From an uncultured virus (IMG/VR IMGVR_UViG_3300028886_001624) (taxonomy: Duplodnaviria > Heunggongvirae > Uroviricota > Caudoviricetes): 64,000 bases of DNA. Below are positions 53,001 to 63,509 of this stretch, piece after piece. The notes under the pieces are model-generated. The model ran no database searches and was not told where the DNA came from. It saw only the letters and a list, made by a program, of their open reading frames with translations. The stretch's first letter is position 1. Each line of letters starts with the position of its first letter. The stretch covers positions 62,001-126,000 of the IMG/VR virus record IMGVR_UViG_3300028886_001624; one strand, 5' to 3'. The translations under genes and the position numbers were made by a program.

Positions 53001-56000
53001 CATCTGCCTTGACACAGAGGATGATGATGCCTATGCCATTGAGAACATCAACCTTGAAGAACTCTATGACATCGCGGAGTATGTGTATGCAGACGTGGAA
53101 GAAACAATAAACCAATAATTTAGAAGAACGTTAAATTGAGGTGGGGATTTTATCTTCACCTCTTTTTTTATTTTTAATTGAAAATAATTACATTTCTATT
53201 TCGTCAATTCAAAACTTTTGGGTACTTTTGCAATATCAAACAATTTAAAACAATAAATATTATGACCTATTCACTTATAATTGAACAATATTGCGCTGAT
53301 GCCAAGTATGTCAATGACATAAAGACTTGGAAGGAAGTAACCGATTTCTTGAAGAATCAGTTATCACAACTAACAACTTGTGTTCACATCTTCAAGTTTT
53401 CAAGCAACAGCAAGACCCTCGGCTCGAAGGTTGTGACAATGGGCAACCTCTTTGATGTGTGCAATTCTCTTACGGACAAGATATTGTTATAAATCAAAAA
53501 CAAAATAAGACTATGGCACATTATAAAGAAGAAGTTAGATTTTCTACAAAGTTCAAGAGATTCAATGTTTTCACAACAAGTGGGGAAAACGTAGTAGTGA
53601 AAAGTGACAAGCCAATGACATTGGATGAGGCAATGTATGAGTATAAGGCACTTGCCATTGGCGGAATAGATTAAATAAACTAAAAACAAAATAAGATTAT
53701 GAGAAGATTAGCGATTATTGACCATGACACCCATACATTGTATGTGGACGATGTGGATGAGAAGGAGTTAGAGGAATATTATGATGGTGATGAACAAGCC
53801 TACATCGAGGATAATTATGCCCTTCTTAATAATTACTCATGGGATTGGGTTACAGATGGCATCTATTACAAGAAGATGTACGAAACTGGAATCGACATCG
53901 ATTTTGACAAGTTAATAGAAGAATAAACAATTATTAAATAAAAAGTAAACAAATGAACAAAGAATTATTAACGGTCGAGTTTCGTTATCACGTCATTCCA
54001 AAATCAGAATATGATTCCGACTTTGAGTCAAAAGAAGTTACGATTGGAGTGTATGAAACGCTCGATGAGGCTATAAAAGAAGGAAACAATGTCCTTAAAA
54101 AATTATCTTCAAGATTTAAGTTTCGTGAATCATTTGGCACTCATAATGGCGTGTTTGGTTCTCCCACACGACTTGTTTGTGACTGCTTCAATGGCTATCC
54201 GCAAGTGTTCTGCAAAATAACGCAACTAAAATATGACAATATAAATAATGTTGCGAACGTGGCTTTTGACAATGAGGAAAAATATCGTAAATGGTGTGTA
54301 TAAGTTAAAAACAAAATTATGATTGCAAGAATTACATTCCGAAGCGAAGTTTACGTTGAAGGCGATAATATCGAAGATATTGCAAGGAAATGGGAAGGTA
54401 TGGAACTTTACTCCGCTGAAGCAAACAAGGGAATGGTATCACTATCCCCGGCCGAGTTTGTTGAACTTGACAAAGTAGAAGATGAAAATTATAACGACAT
54501 CACAGATGAATTTAAGAGAAAATAAGTGGTGGGGGAGAAATCCTCCACCTTTTTATTTAAAATAATTTGATTTTTATTTCGTCATTTCAAAACTTTTGGG
54601 TACTTTTGCAATGTCAAACAAATAAAAACAATAAGATTATGGAAGAAATAATTAAACTTCAAGAAGAAATTGACAAGAAGCAATGTAAGGTTAGAAAAGG
54701 CTGTATTGAATACCTTAAAAGAGCCACCGAAAAAGTTGGTGGAACAATCTGCATGGATGATGAGGAAGACGTAGTTATGGTAGCCTATGATGGTGGACGT
54801 CACCCGGAATATGACAGCAATTTGTATTCAGCGGTAGAAAGCGTTTTTCTCAAAGATGGTAAACTCTACCTTAGCATAGAGGACTGCGATGAGTATGAGA
54901 TTGACCGCGTAAGTAGCGATGAAGTCTATGCCGTTGCCTTGTTCGTTTACGGCATGCTTAACGAAAATGCCTAATAGAAATACTTTTGCAATGTCAAACA
55001 AATAAAGATTATGAAAACAAAAAATGATTCAAGGACAAAGAGAAGGGTTGTCGAAACCTACAAGGGATTTGACATCATAAAGGTAATTGTTGAGTATTTT
55101 CATAAATCCTTCTACGGCTATGAGTATGATGATGATTGGGTAGATAGAAGGACTGTTTACTTTGACTTCTGCAAGGAAGGAGAGGGCAAGAAGTCAAGCC
55201 AAGCATATTCGGTATATGCAAAGAACATTTCAGATTGCAAGGAATGTATTGACAAGTTCATCGAGGATGATTCCTTGTACTTCACAGATGAGGAAGTAAG
55301 GAAGTATGTAACAAAGCCGAACCATGATTGCGGTTGGGCTTATGGGTACGACTCATTGATGAAACTCATGAAGCAGCACCAAAAGGCTGATAAGCGAATG
55401 AAACGGCTTATTGAGGATAGGCTATCCGATGCTAACTTTCATTCCGAGGCTGGTTTCCTCTCGCAAGAAGATTATGTAGGTTTCACTGATTTGGTAAGAA
55501 AAACCTACAAGTTCTGTGAGAAGTTTGAAATCTATACTGAAACAATGGGAAAGAGGATTGACAATCCCAAAGGGCTTGAAGAAGGCTTGAAGATGGTTAT
55601 CAATGACTTTCTTAAAAAACGAGGCATAGAAGATACGGACGTTAAGGTCAATTTTGTGGAAAATTGGTGAGTGGAGCAATCCACCACCATTTTTTTTTTT
55701 GAAAATAATTCTATTTTTATTTCGTCAATTCAAAAAGTTTTGGTACTTTTACATTGTCAAACAAATAAAAACAAATAAAGATTATGAAAAGAACAACTAA
55801 CATTAGGATTGAATCATTCGACCTATCACGAGAGCAGCATGATATGGCGGTTGAAATGGTCGTGAATGACAAGCGCAAGGTAGCCTCTTACACCTTGGAA
55901 GAGGTGGATGGCGAAATGGCTAATGTATGGATTTCCGAAGCCCATTCCGAGGGCAATACAGATTATGCGGAGTTCCTTCGCAAAGCCATTGCTGAGAACG

Positions 56001-57829
56001 CAGAACTTTACACCCTCACAGACCATTTAGGTGGGTTTGCACAGCCTATCGGTGAGGTGGCAGCATTTCAGAAGCAGTATTTCACAATTGATATTTAATG
56101 GCATATGTTTACTCTATTCACATTACTTTTAATCATTTATTGGTTATCCATATCGATAATTGAAGACGGTTTTGAATACACTTGCAAGGAGTATCTTAAA
56201 GGGTTAATTATGATGCTATTGTTTGCTATGGCCGTTGATGGGTTCTTCATAGTAATATCACATCTGTTATAATCATGGAAAAGAAAGCATTTTATAATAA
56301 GTTGTCCGGCACTCGCTATGAGATAGTGGATAGCGCATGGATAGACAAAGATACATTCGTCATTGTCTTTCAAGATATGAAAGACATAGATGGTGACACG
56401 TTCCATTTCGAGGCTGAATACCATAAGGACGAACAAAAGGTGACATTCTGCTTGGTATATGAGAATCAAGTGTTAAGCGGAGAGGACTGCATCCCAACCT
56501 CAATAAAGAGAGAGATTGAGGAATATATGCTAAAGCAATTAGATGTGGTCAAGGGGATGCTTATAAAGCATAATATTACGCTTGAATTGTCGCTTGACAT
56601 TGACGAAAACTTGACAATGGATGAATTAAGGGCATATCTTAATACCTTGGACATAGATGTGAAGGGTTATGGTGACAAAGTGAATTGCATAGGAGTTAAA
56701 CGAATAAATTAGGCGGATTTTATGATGATTGAAGCAAAAATAATTCTGTTTTTGTTTCGGTAATCCAAAAAGTTTGGGTACTTTTGCATTGTCAAACAAT
56801 TTAAAAACAAATAAAGATTATGGAATACAAAGACATTGCACCCGTTGTTAAACATGATTATGCAAAGCCATATAGGGTCAAGTACGCAAACGGAAAGACA
56901 GCCATTGTGCGCCTTTGGCTTGCATCTAACGGATTGGTAGCCAAGTTGGCTAAAGGGAGAAAGGTACACGGCTATGTGCTTGGTTATTACGACTACAAGG
57001 ATTGGGTGTCGTTGAAGGCAGTGGAGAAGAAGCCGACAAGCACGTTCACCCTCATGAAGAAAAGGGCAACAGATGCCTTGAAGTATCTCACACAGAGCGG
57101 AATGTGGCCTTCAATTAAGAAGGAGATAGAACATTTCCTTTCCGATGATGCCATCATACAAGCCGTAGCCGATGCCATTGACAAGGATTCATACGAGTCT
57201 TTCTACAAGGAATGCTACGAGAACGGGAAATTCCCATGGTGTCACACCACACAAGTGTTCGAATCCTTTGCCGCCAAAAGATGTTGGCAGTCTATCCCAT
57301 ATCAAAGGTGGGAAAGGGAAAGGATGAACCAAAGAATAAGTAATGCCATTGAGGATAGGCAAGACTTCAGTTACCGTTGGACTAACGGCTATGACAATAC
57401 AATAGAGATTAGCGGTGGCGAAGAACTAAGGGGATGGCTATCATGTGAATACAGAGGCTGCGGAAACGGACATTACTACCTTCTATTTGATGCTACCCAT
57501 GCCATCTTCTACGAGGACGATTGAAAAGTAATTAAAAATAGATTAATAATAAAAAGATGAACAAAGATATTGAAAGAATAAAGGGTATTGTGCTCTCGAA
57601 AGGGAGCACAGACCCAAAAGGCGGCAGGGTGCTCAAACTAGAGGCCGGAAAGGTTACGGTACTATCGAGGGCCAAAGAAAGACTTTATCCCGTGGCCCTG
57701 CGCGTATACCAAGAAGAATTGCAAGTGGTTTTCGTTAATAAGAGAAAGAGATTCTTTTCCTATCCATTGCTATCACTGCAAAGTGATGCTCCTAAGTTAT
57801 TCGAAAAGGTCATATCCGTCTTTTGTTAA
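50019..57829 (+). other. Array of small hypothetical island genes (50019, 50817, 51377, 51654, 52192, 52753, ~53262, ~53513, 53699, 53953, 54319, 54639, 55011, 55784, 56275, 56820, 57557)
   Basis: ORFs after promoter copies. 52753-53118 and 54639-54974 are paralogs (YDGGxHPEYxSN); 51654 has IYCHWDG. Confidence 0.7.
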
Positions 57830-57987
57830 CAAATGTTAAAATGTTGGCAAATATTTTGGATTGTCAAATATTTTATATATCTTTGCAATGTCTTGAAAAG
57901 GACGATAAAACATAATTAAAGAACTCGGTTGCGGTGGACAACACGCCAAACTATAGTTAAGAGTTAGGGCATTTAAAAACCACCTTT

Positions 57988-58112
57988 TGGGAAGTACTAG
58001 AGGAGAACCATCTTGCAATCCTGCAAGGGTGGATGTAGACAAATAGGTATCAAGTTTGTGCTTGATATGTCGCCTACGGGCGGCTTCGGCGGTGCAAATC
58101 CGTCCTTCCCAA
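57988..58112 (+). ncRNA. Expanded tRNA-like RNA, copy 1
   Basis: Acceptor TGGGAAG/CTTCCCA-A, U8A9, variable arm GTCGCC-TACG-GGCGGC, T-arm GGCGG-TGCAAAT-CCGTC. Confidence 0.8.
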
Positions 58113-58169
58113 CAAATTTCTTGCGGTGGACAAGGACGGAATTAATCCGAAAAAAAACCACCTATCTTT

Positions 58170-58285
58170 TGGAAGATACCGGAGGAGAACTATCCGCAAG
58201 GGTAGATGTAGACAAACGGGTATCAAGTATGTGCTTGATATGTCGCTTACGAGCGGCTTCGGCGGTGCAAATCCGCCTCTTCCAA
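58170..58285 (+). ncRNA. Expanded tRNA-like RNA, copy 2
   Basis: Acceptor TGGAAGA/TCTTCCA-A; same architecture as copy 1 with compensatory changes. Confidence 0.8.
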
Positions 58286-59033
58286 CACTTTTGTTTGACG
58301 CGATGAGGGTTCGGCTTTTCTAAATCTTTACGGCCGAACCCTCTATTTTTATTCAACCCCAATTGAAACATATATCACACCATAAAAAAGAAGTGTGTCA
58401 TAAAACACACTTCTTTCGCTTTCTGACGGCCTTTAACCATTGGGGCAATACTTTCCCGGTCACTTAATTCCAAGCCTCTTACATAACGCTTCAAGCATTC
58501 TATCCTTGATGCTTGCCACCTTCCAATTCTTTTCGTCCTTTCCGATTAAGATGTCTTTGACAATGAAGGACTTTAATTCTTGTTTTGTTTTAAACCCGCA
58601 TTTGCGGCAGAACGAAGCACATTCCTCAATGAACTTGTTAAACTTCTCGTCATCCATACACAGAAAAATATTTTTGGTTACACAATGCAAATATATCAAA
58701 AATATTTCGGTATTCCAAACTTTTGGGGTACTTTTGTGATGTCAAATAAAATAATAACGATTATGGCAATAGATATTTCGAAACTACCATTGACTCAGTT
58801 AAGGAGTTTAAGGAATTGCTGCTATAACTTGGTTATACGCAATCTAAGACAATGTCCGGAGGGCGATGAGAAATATAGGAAGATAAGAATACTCTTGTCA
58901 CAATTCTATCTTGGTATCGTTGCACAGAATGAGTTGCTTCAAGAATGTGTCGAACTCGGATGGATTAATGAAAAAAACATCACCCATTTCTTGTGATTAA
59001 AGAATATTTTATATATCTTTGCATTGTGACAAT

Positions 59034-59107
59034 CGGGGTGTAGCGCAGTTGGTTAGCGTGCTTGTTTTGGGAACAAGTGGTCGTGTGTTCGAGTCACACT
59101 ACCCCGA
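59034..59107 (+). tRNA. tRNA-Pro(TGG)
   Basis: CGGGGTG/TACCCCG acceptor, TAGCGCAGTTGGTTAGCG D-arm, anticodon loop TT-TGG-GA, T-loop TTCGAGT. Confidence 0.93.
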
Positions 59108-59199
59108 CATCTGCTTGAATCTATACTTGTATTTTCTACTACCAAATTCCAACCGGCTGTGAAGTTAGTTGGAATTTTATTTTACCCATTTCCCATATA

Positions 59200-59948
59200 G
59201 ACTTAATTAAGTACATAGAGGGGCGTACCACACCCATTCACCATTGTATCATTATTTATTATAGATTAATAATAATTTTCCCTTACAGATATTGCATATA
59301 AAAATTGTGCACCACACTTAAATTCATATGTGGTACACAATCCGTATAGTCCATTCCATATTACCTATGGACTTAATTAAGTACATAGAGGGGACTTTGG
59401 AATGACGGATTCCATTATATCCTCCGTCCATCATCACTTAATCACAATTTGACCCTCTAGCGACAATATGTGTCTATCCTTGTGTCATAGTGCTCATATC
59501 TAATCTTTTCACCCAACAACCTAGCAACCTTCTTGCACTCCAATACATCTTCCCATTTGCATCCCATTGTTGTCCGGTAGCAGAATCCATCACGAAGCCA
59601 ATCCACTGAATAGATTTTAGTTTTTCTGACTATCTTTTTTTCATTTCCAATTATTTTTTTCATAGTTCGCTATGTTATTATATGATTATCTATTAATTTA
59701 TTCATATATATTATCATTATATTATGTATGCAACTAACTTCTAAGTCCATCATGTGGAGCGTCCATCCTTTGCCGGAGGCAATTCCCCGGAATCCTTACA
59801 CCATCCACATATTTCTATATTTTTCTTCATATTCCTATCTAATTTCATTACAAAAGTACCCAAAAGTTTTGGAATATCGAAATAAAAATCAATTTATTTT
59901 TCCTCCCCCACAAATGATAGTATTAATTCTATAGACTTAATAAAGTAC
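59200..59948 (+). repeat. Second cluster of the ACTTAATTAAGTAC palindrome
   Basis: Copies at 59200-59214 and 59370-59384 (both followed by ATAGAGGGG) and a variant at 59934-59948. Confidence 0.85.
59457..59663 (-). CDS. Hypothetical protein
   Basis: ORF downstream of a reverse promoter copy. Confidence 0.55.
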   Translation of the reverse strand: MKKIIGNEKKIVRKTKIYSVDWLRDGFCYRTTMGCKWEDVLECKKVARLLGEKIRYEHYDTRIDTYCR

Positions 59949-59992
59949 AAGATAATAAAAAAGGGACAACCTTCCGGCTATCCCTTTTTTTC

Positions 59993-60619
59993 TCAATAGG
60001 CTGCGACTGCTGCGACTGCTGCGGTGGCTAACACTTCTGCCGGACGGATTGAGAATCCGGCTTGTGTGATGCTTGTCACATTAGAGAGTGTGAGAAGATT
60101 AAATTCCTCACTATTCTTTCCCTTTTCCAAACCTATCTCCTTCTGTGTGGACGATAACTTGTCCTTGTCCTTCTTTCCGGCCTTCCATGCCGTAATTTGC
60201 TCCTTTAAGGCCGGGTCGGTAACTTGTATTCCATCGAGGAACAGATAGGTATCAATATCACAAGCCTCTCTTTTCTCGTTACGCTGCAACTTCAAGTAAA
60301 TTTTACTCTCTGTGCTTTTGTCCGTTGAGAAGAATTCGGGGTAAAGGCTGCAAGGTTTGTGCCAGTTGTCCTTCAATTTGGCTTCCACCTTTTCTCCGGT
60401 GGCTCTCTCGGCTGCACCCTCAATGCAAGCCTTATAGTCCATCCCGAGGCCGTAGCCATGATAAACACTCTTTTGGGTCACTCTACCTAAATACGGGTTT
60501 CTGTTATTACCCCGTCCTTTGTTCATGGAGTAATCTTTTTCAAGAATGACTACGGTACCGGCTCCCTTCTTAATGTTTTGAGCGATAACGCTCATAACAT
60601 AAATTTCAATTTCTTTCAT
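59993..60619 (-). CDS. Hypothetical protein
   Basis: 208-aa ORF with TAATTTTGCA promoter at about 60680 (minus) and a terminator-like hairpin at about 59960-59990. Confidence 0.75.
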   Translation of the reverse strand: MKEIEIYVMSVIAQNIKKGAGTVVILEKDYSMNKGRGNNRNPYLGRVTQKSVYHGYGLGMDYKACIEGAAERATGEKVEAKLKDNWHKPCSLYPEFFSTDKSTESKIYLKLQRNEKREACDIDTYLFLDGIQVTDPALKEQITAWKAGKKDKDKLSSTQKEIGLEKGKNSEEFNLLTLSNVTSITQAGFSIRPAEVLATAAVAAVAAY

Positions 60620-61001
60620 AACATTGAATGTTTAGTGTAACAATAATTTAAAGAACTCCTTTGTCTTATTAAGACAATGCAAAATTACCCCAAAAAACCG
60701 ATATAACAAACATTTTCGGTAATTTTGAAGCCTTATTTGCAAAAAAACGAAAAAAAATGCCTTGAAACGCTATGAACGTGCATGCAAAAAAAGCGATTTA
60801 TTGTGCAATAAGAAATTTAACTTTTTATTATATAGGAGAATATCCTGCCATATATACATTATTATATTATAGGGAATTTTCAAATTATTTTCATTTTATG
60901 TTGTCAAACATATTTTTTTTGTTGTGTATTTCAAAAAATCGCCGTACCTTTGCAGCAGATTTAGAAAGAAATATAGTCAAACAAGTTAAACAACATTTAG
61001 T

Positions 61002-61685
61002 ATGAAAAAGATTTTCTTCAAAGAAAATTCTTCTGTCCATAGGACGGAAAATTTAGAGAGATTCTGTGTGGAAATGCGCAGAGTAACGAGAGTAACCAAC
61101 AACCGCAACAGTGAGGAAGAATTTAGTAACTTGCTTGCCGAGGCACAGGAAGGTAATACCGCTTCTCGGAACAAGTTAGTAGAAAAGCATCTTCGTCTTG
61201 CCTATAGTGTGGCTGCACATTATAACGGCATGGCAGAATTTGAAGATTTACTTCAAACGGCATCTATCGGCTTAATAAAGGCCATAGAAAACTATCGTAG
61301 CACTGATGGCTTATTTAGTTCCTACGCAGTTATGACTATGCGTAGGGAAATTACGCACGAACTAACCGCAAACGGCCGGAAGTTTGGGCATGAAGTAAAG
61401 AGCATTGACGAGCCGTTAGAAGGTGCAGAAGGCGCAGGAAACGAGCGTTTCAGTGACCTTTGCGCCGGAACATCACATGCAGACGATATTGTCAGCGCAG
61501 ACGAAAGAACAAGAGAGATTAAGAAGTATATATCTTTCTTGACAGAGCCGGAGGCAAAAATTATCTTAGGTGAATTTTTGCAGGACGAAACCGATTTTAC
61601 TATGAGTTTAAAACTCGGTGTATGTGTTGAAAGAATACAACAGATAAAGCGCAGTGCTCTGAAAAAATTAAGAGAACTGATGTAA
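61002..61685 (+). CDS. Phage-encoded sigma70-family RNA polymerase sigma factor
   Basis: Region 2 RNKLVEKHLRLAYSVA..Y..EDLLQTASIGLIKAIENY..FSSYA; region 4 LGVCVERIQQIKRSALKKLR. Confidence 0.92.
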   Translation: MKKIFFKENSSVHRTENLERFCVEMRRVTRVTNNRNSEEEFSNLLAEAQEGNTASRNKLVEKHLRLAYSVAAHYNGMAEFEDLLQTASIGLIKAIENYRSTDGLFSSYAVMTMRREITHELTANGRKFGHEVKSIDEPLEGAEGAGNERFSDLCAGTSHADDIVSADERTREIKKYISFLTEPEAKIILGEFLQDETDFTMSLKLGVCVERIQQIKRSALKKLRELM

Positions 61686-61699
61686 GATTAAGAATATAG

Positions 61700-61731
61700 A
61701 AGGCGGAGCGCAGTATTCCCTCCGCCTTTTT
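61700..61731 (+). terminator. Intrinsic terminator after the sigma gene
   Basis: AAGGCGGAG...CTCCGCCTT followed by a T-run. Confidence 0.8.
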
Positions 61732-61783
61732 CTATTTCTTTACTTTTTAAAAAAATAGTCACCTACCTATTACGTTTTTAAAA

Positions 61784-61799
61784 TGTTCCACATGGAACA
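61784..61799. promoter_or_regulatory. parS-like palindrome TGTTCCACATGGAACA
   Basis: One central mismatch to the parS-type palindrome TGTTCCACGTGGAACA. Confidence 0.6.
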
Positions 61800-61801
61800 T
61801 T

Positions 61802-62220
61802 CCCCACACCCCCCCCTATATACCCCCCACCTATGTAACCCCCGCCCCCCTACGGGATTTTTAGTACCCAAAAAGGTGGAACAGTTTCCTAAATATTTTC
61901 CTGGAAAAAATTCTGATGTTTTAAAAAAGAGACATGTGTTAAAAAATTTTGAAAAAAAATTCTAATGATTTAAAAATGATGCACATTAAATATTTCCTGG
62001 AAAAAATTCTGATGGTTTAAGAAAAGACATATGTTAAAAAAAAATTGGAAAAAAAAATTAGTATATTTTATTATGGGCTAAGTCTCTAAAAAAAATTTTG
62101 GAGAAAAAATTTTGATGATTTAAAAAAGAGACATGTGTTAAAAAAAATTCCGGAAAAAATTTTTCTAATGTTTTACGGAGACCTCTTAAAAAAAATTTTG
62201 GAAAAAAATTTTAACGTTTT
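61802..62220. repeat. C-tract cluster followed by A-tract direct repeats
   Basis: Five C4-C8 runs at 61802-61850; three copies of AAAAAATTYTGATGxTTTAARAAAGA(GA)CATRTGTTAAAAAA. Confidence 0.8.
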
Positions 62221-62246
62221 AAAATACAGTTGCCTTTACTTATCTA

Positions 62247-62705
62247 TTATTTTATTGAACTGAGTGTGTCGAATATTTTCCTTAAGGGTGACTCGTTGAC
62301 CCTTATGGAACTTAGTGTGCCAAATATTTCCCTTAAGCGTGGTTCGTTGACCTTTTGTGTTTCGTCGTTAAGGTTAACCGTCAAATGGTTTAGGAAGTTG
62401 GTCGCCCAAGTGTCACTAACGTTACGCCAAAATCCGGAACCTTCCGGTGTGTTTGCCCACTCAAAGGCGGTTATAAAGATGCTCTGCTTAAAGGACACCG
62501 TGGAATTAATTTCCTTGAAGTGACATAACATTAACTTCAAGTTACTAGTTTTGTTCTTCCACCTACTTCTTCCAACAACACACAACGCGCTATATTTTCT
62601 GAACGAGTGGTAACACTTGTTGTGCTTGAGGAAAAGTACGAACAAGAAAAGAAATTCTTGTCTGTTTATGACGTAGGTTGACAAATCTTTTAGTTTATCT
62701 TTCAC
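62247..62705 (-). CDS. Hypothetical protein with a C-terminal 17-aa tandem repeat
   Basis: VNEPRLREIFGTLSSI / VNESPLRKIFDTLSSI; FEWANTPEGSGFW motif. Confidence 0.65.
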   Translation of the reverse strand: MKDKLKDLSTYVINRQEFLFLFVLFLKHNKCYHSFRKYSALCVVGRSRWKNKTSNLKLMLCHFKEINSTVSFKQSIFITAFEWANTPEGSGFWRNVSDTWATNFLNHLTVNLNDETQKVNEPRLREIFGTLSSIRVNESPLRKIFDTLSSIK

Positions 62706-63509
62706 GGTGCTTGTTTAAGTCTACGATGTTTTTTAGTATGGACTCATGGAAACAATCTCTTGTCAAACGCTTGTAGAGTTCAAACTCGGTTTCTGTCAGC
62801 GTCCTAACTATTACGTCCTTGAGGAGTGTTCCGTTGTTGAGGTATAGTGTAAGACAAGTTTCCATCGGACAAGGGGCGTAGTTGTCATACTTAGATGACA
62901 AGTAAAGCGTATAAATGCCTAGAACAACACTTTTCTTATCGTCGTACTTTGTCACCGTCTTCACGTAATAACACTCGTTGCTCGTTGCGAAGAGAAGCGG
63001 GCGTCCCTTGTACTCGTTGATTTCATGAGTGAACGTAAGCCGCTTGTTAAAGACGTAACCGCCGTCATCCAAGTTAAAGTTAACTTGGAAATAAACCACG
63101 TCGTTTGTGTAAAATTTATGAGCCATTTTTATCATTTTATTATTATTTACTTAAGGGTACCGTACGGAACGAGCCGTGAGAATCCACATCTGTACTTGAG
63201 TGTGAGTCTCCGGTAGAGTTCAAACTCTGTTTCTGTTAAGGTTCTAATAACCATTTCATTGCAGTTGACGTGCAGCACGGTTTCCCTTGGCGTGAGGCTT
63301 GTGGAACAGTTGTTCAAGAGGGAAGAAAACATAACCGTGTACATTCCACGGACCGTACCGCGTTCAACGTCACACTCTGTTATGGTCTTGACGTAACCTC
63401 CGTCATCTTCTATGAAGAGAAGTGGTCGCCCCTTGTACTTGTTAACGTCATAAAGATTTATTTCTTTATTGAAGACGTAATCGATATTTTCTTCAAATTT
63501 TGAAATCAT
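62695..63509 (-). other. Two paralogous genes (62695-63126, 63147-63509)
   Basis: Both contain YVFNK, YKGRPLLF, YVKT and RTLTETEFELY. Confidence 0.8.

Larger units (their letters stand above)
41545..59890. promoter_or_regulatory. About 20 dispersed copies of a ~70-bp promoter cassette: AAAATAATTxxATTTTxTTTCG(g/t)xATTCAAAAxTTTTGGGTACTTTTGCAATGTCAAACAA...AAGATT-ATG
   Basis: -7 element near 41600, 42864, 43861, 44868, 45003, 45786, 46841, 47964, 49163, 49982, 51337, 52153, 52714, 53223, 54601, 54981, 55744, 56779, 58729; reverse copies near 41450 and 59851. Confidence 0.9.

Noticed and set aside
58013..58371. Short ORFs overlapping the tandem ncRNAs
   Set aside because: Differences between the copies preserve base pairing rather than a reading frame, and the start contexts are poor.
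2195..63503. Numerous 60-190 aa antisense or nested ORFs in the track
   Set aside because: They overlap better-supported genes, lack promoter or initiation context and show no recognisable motifs.
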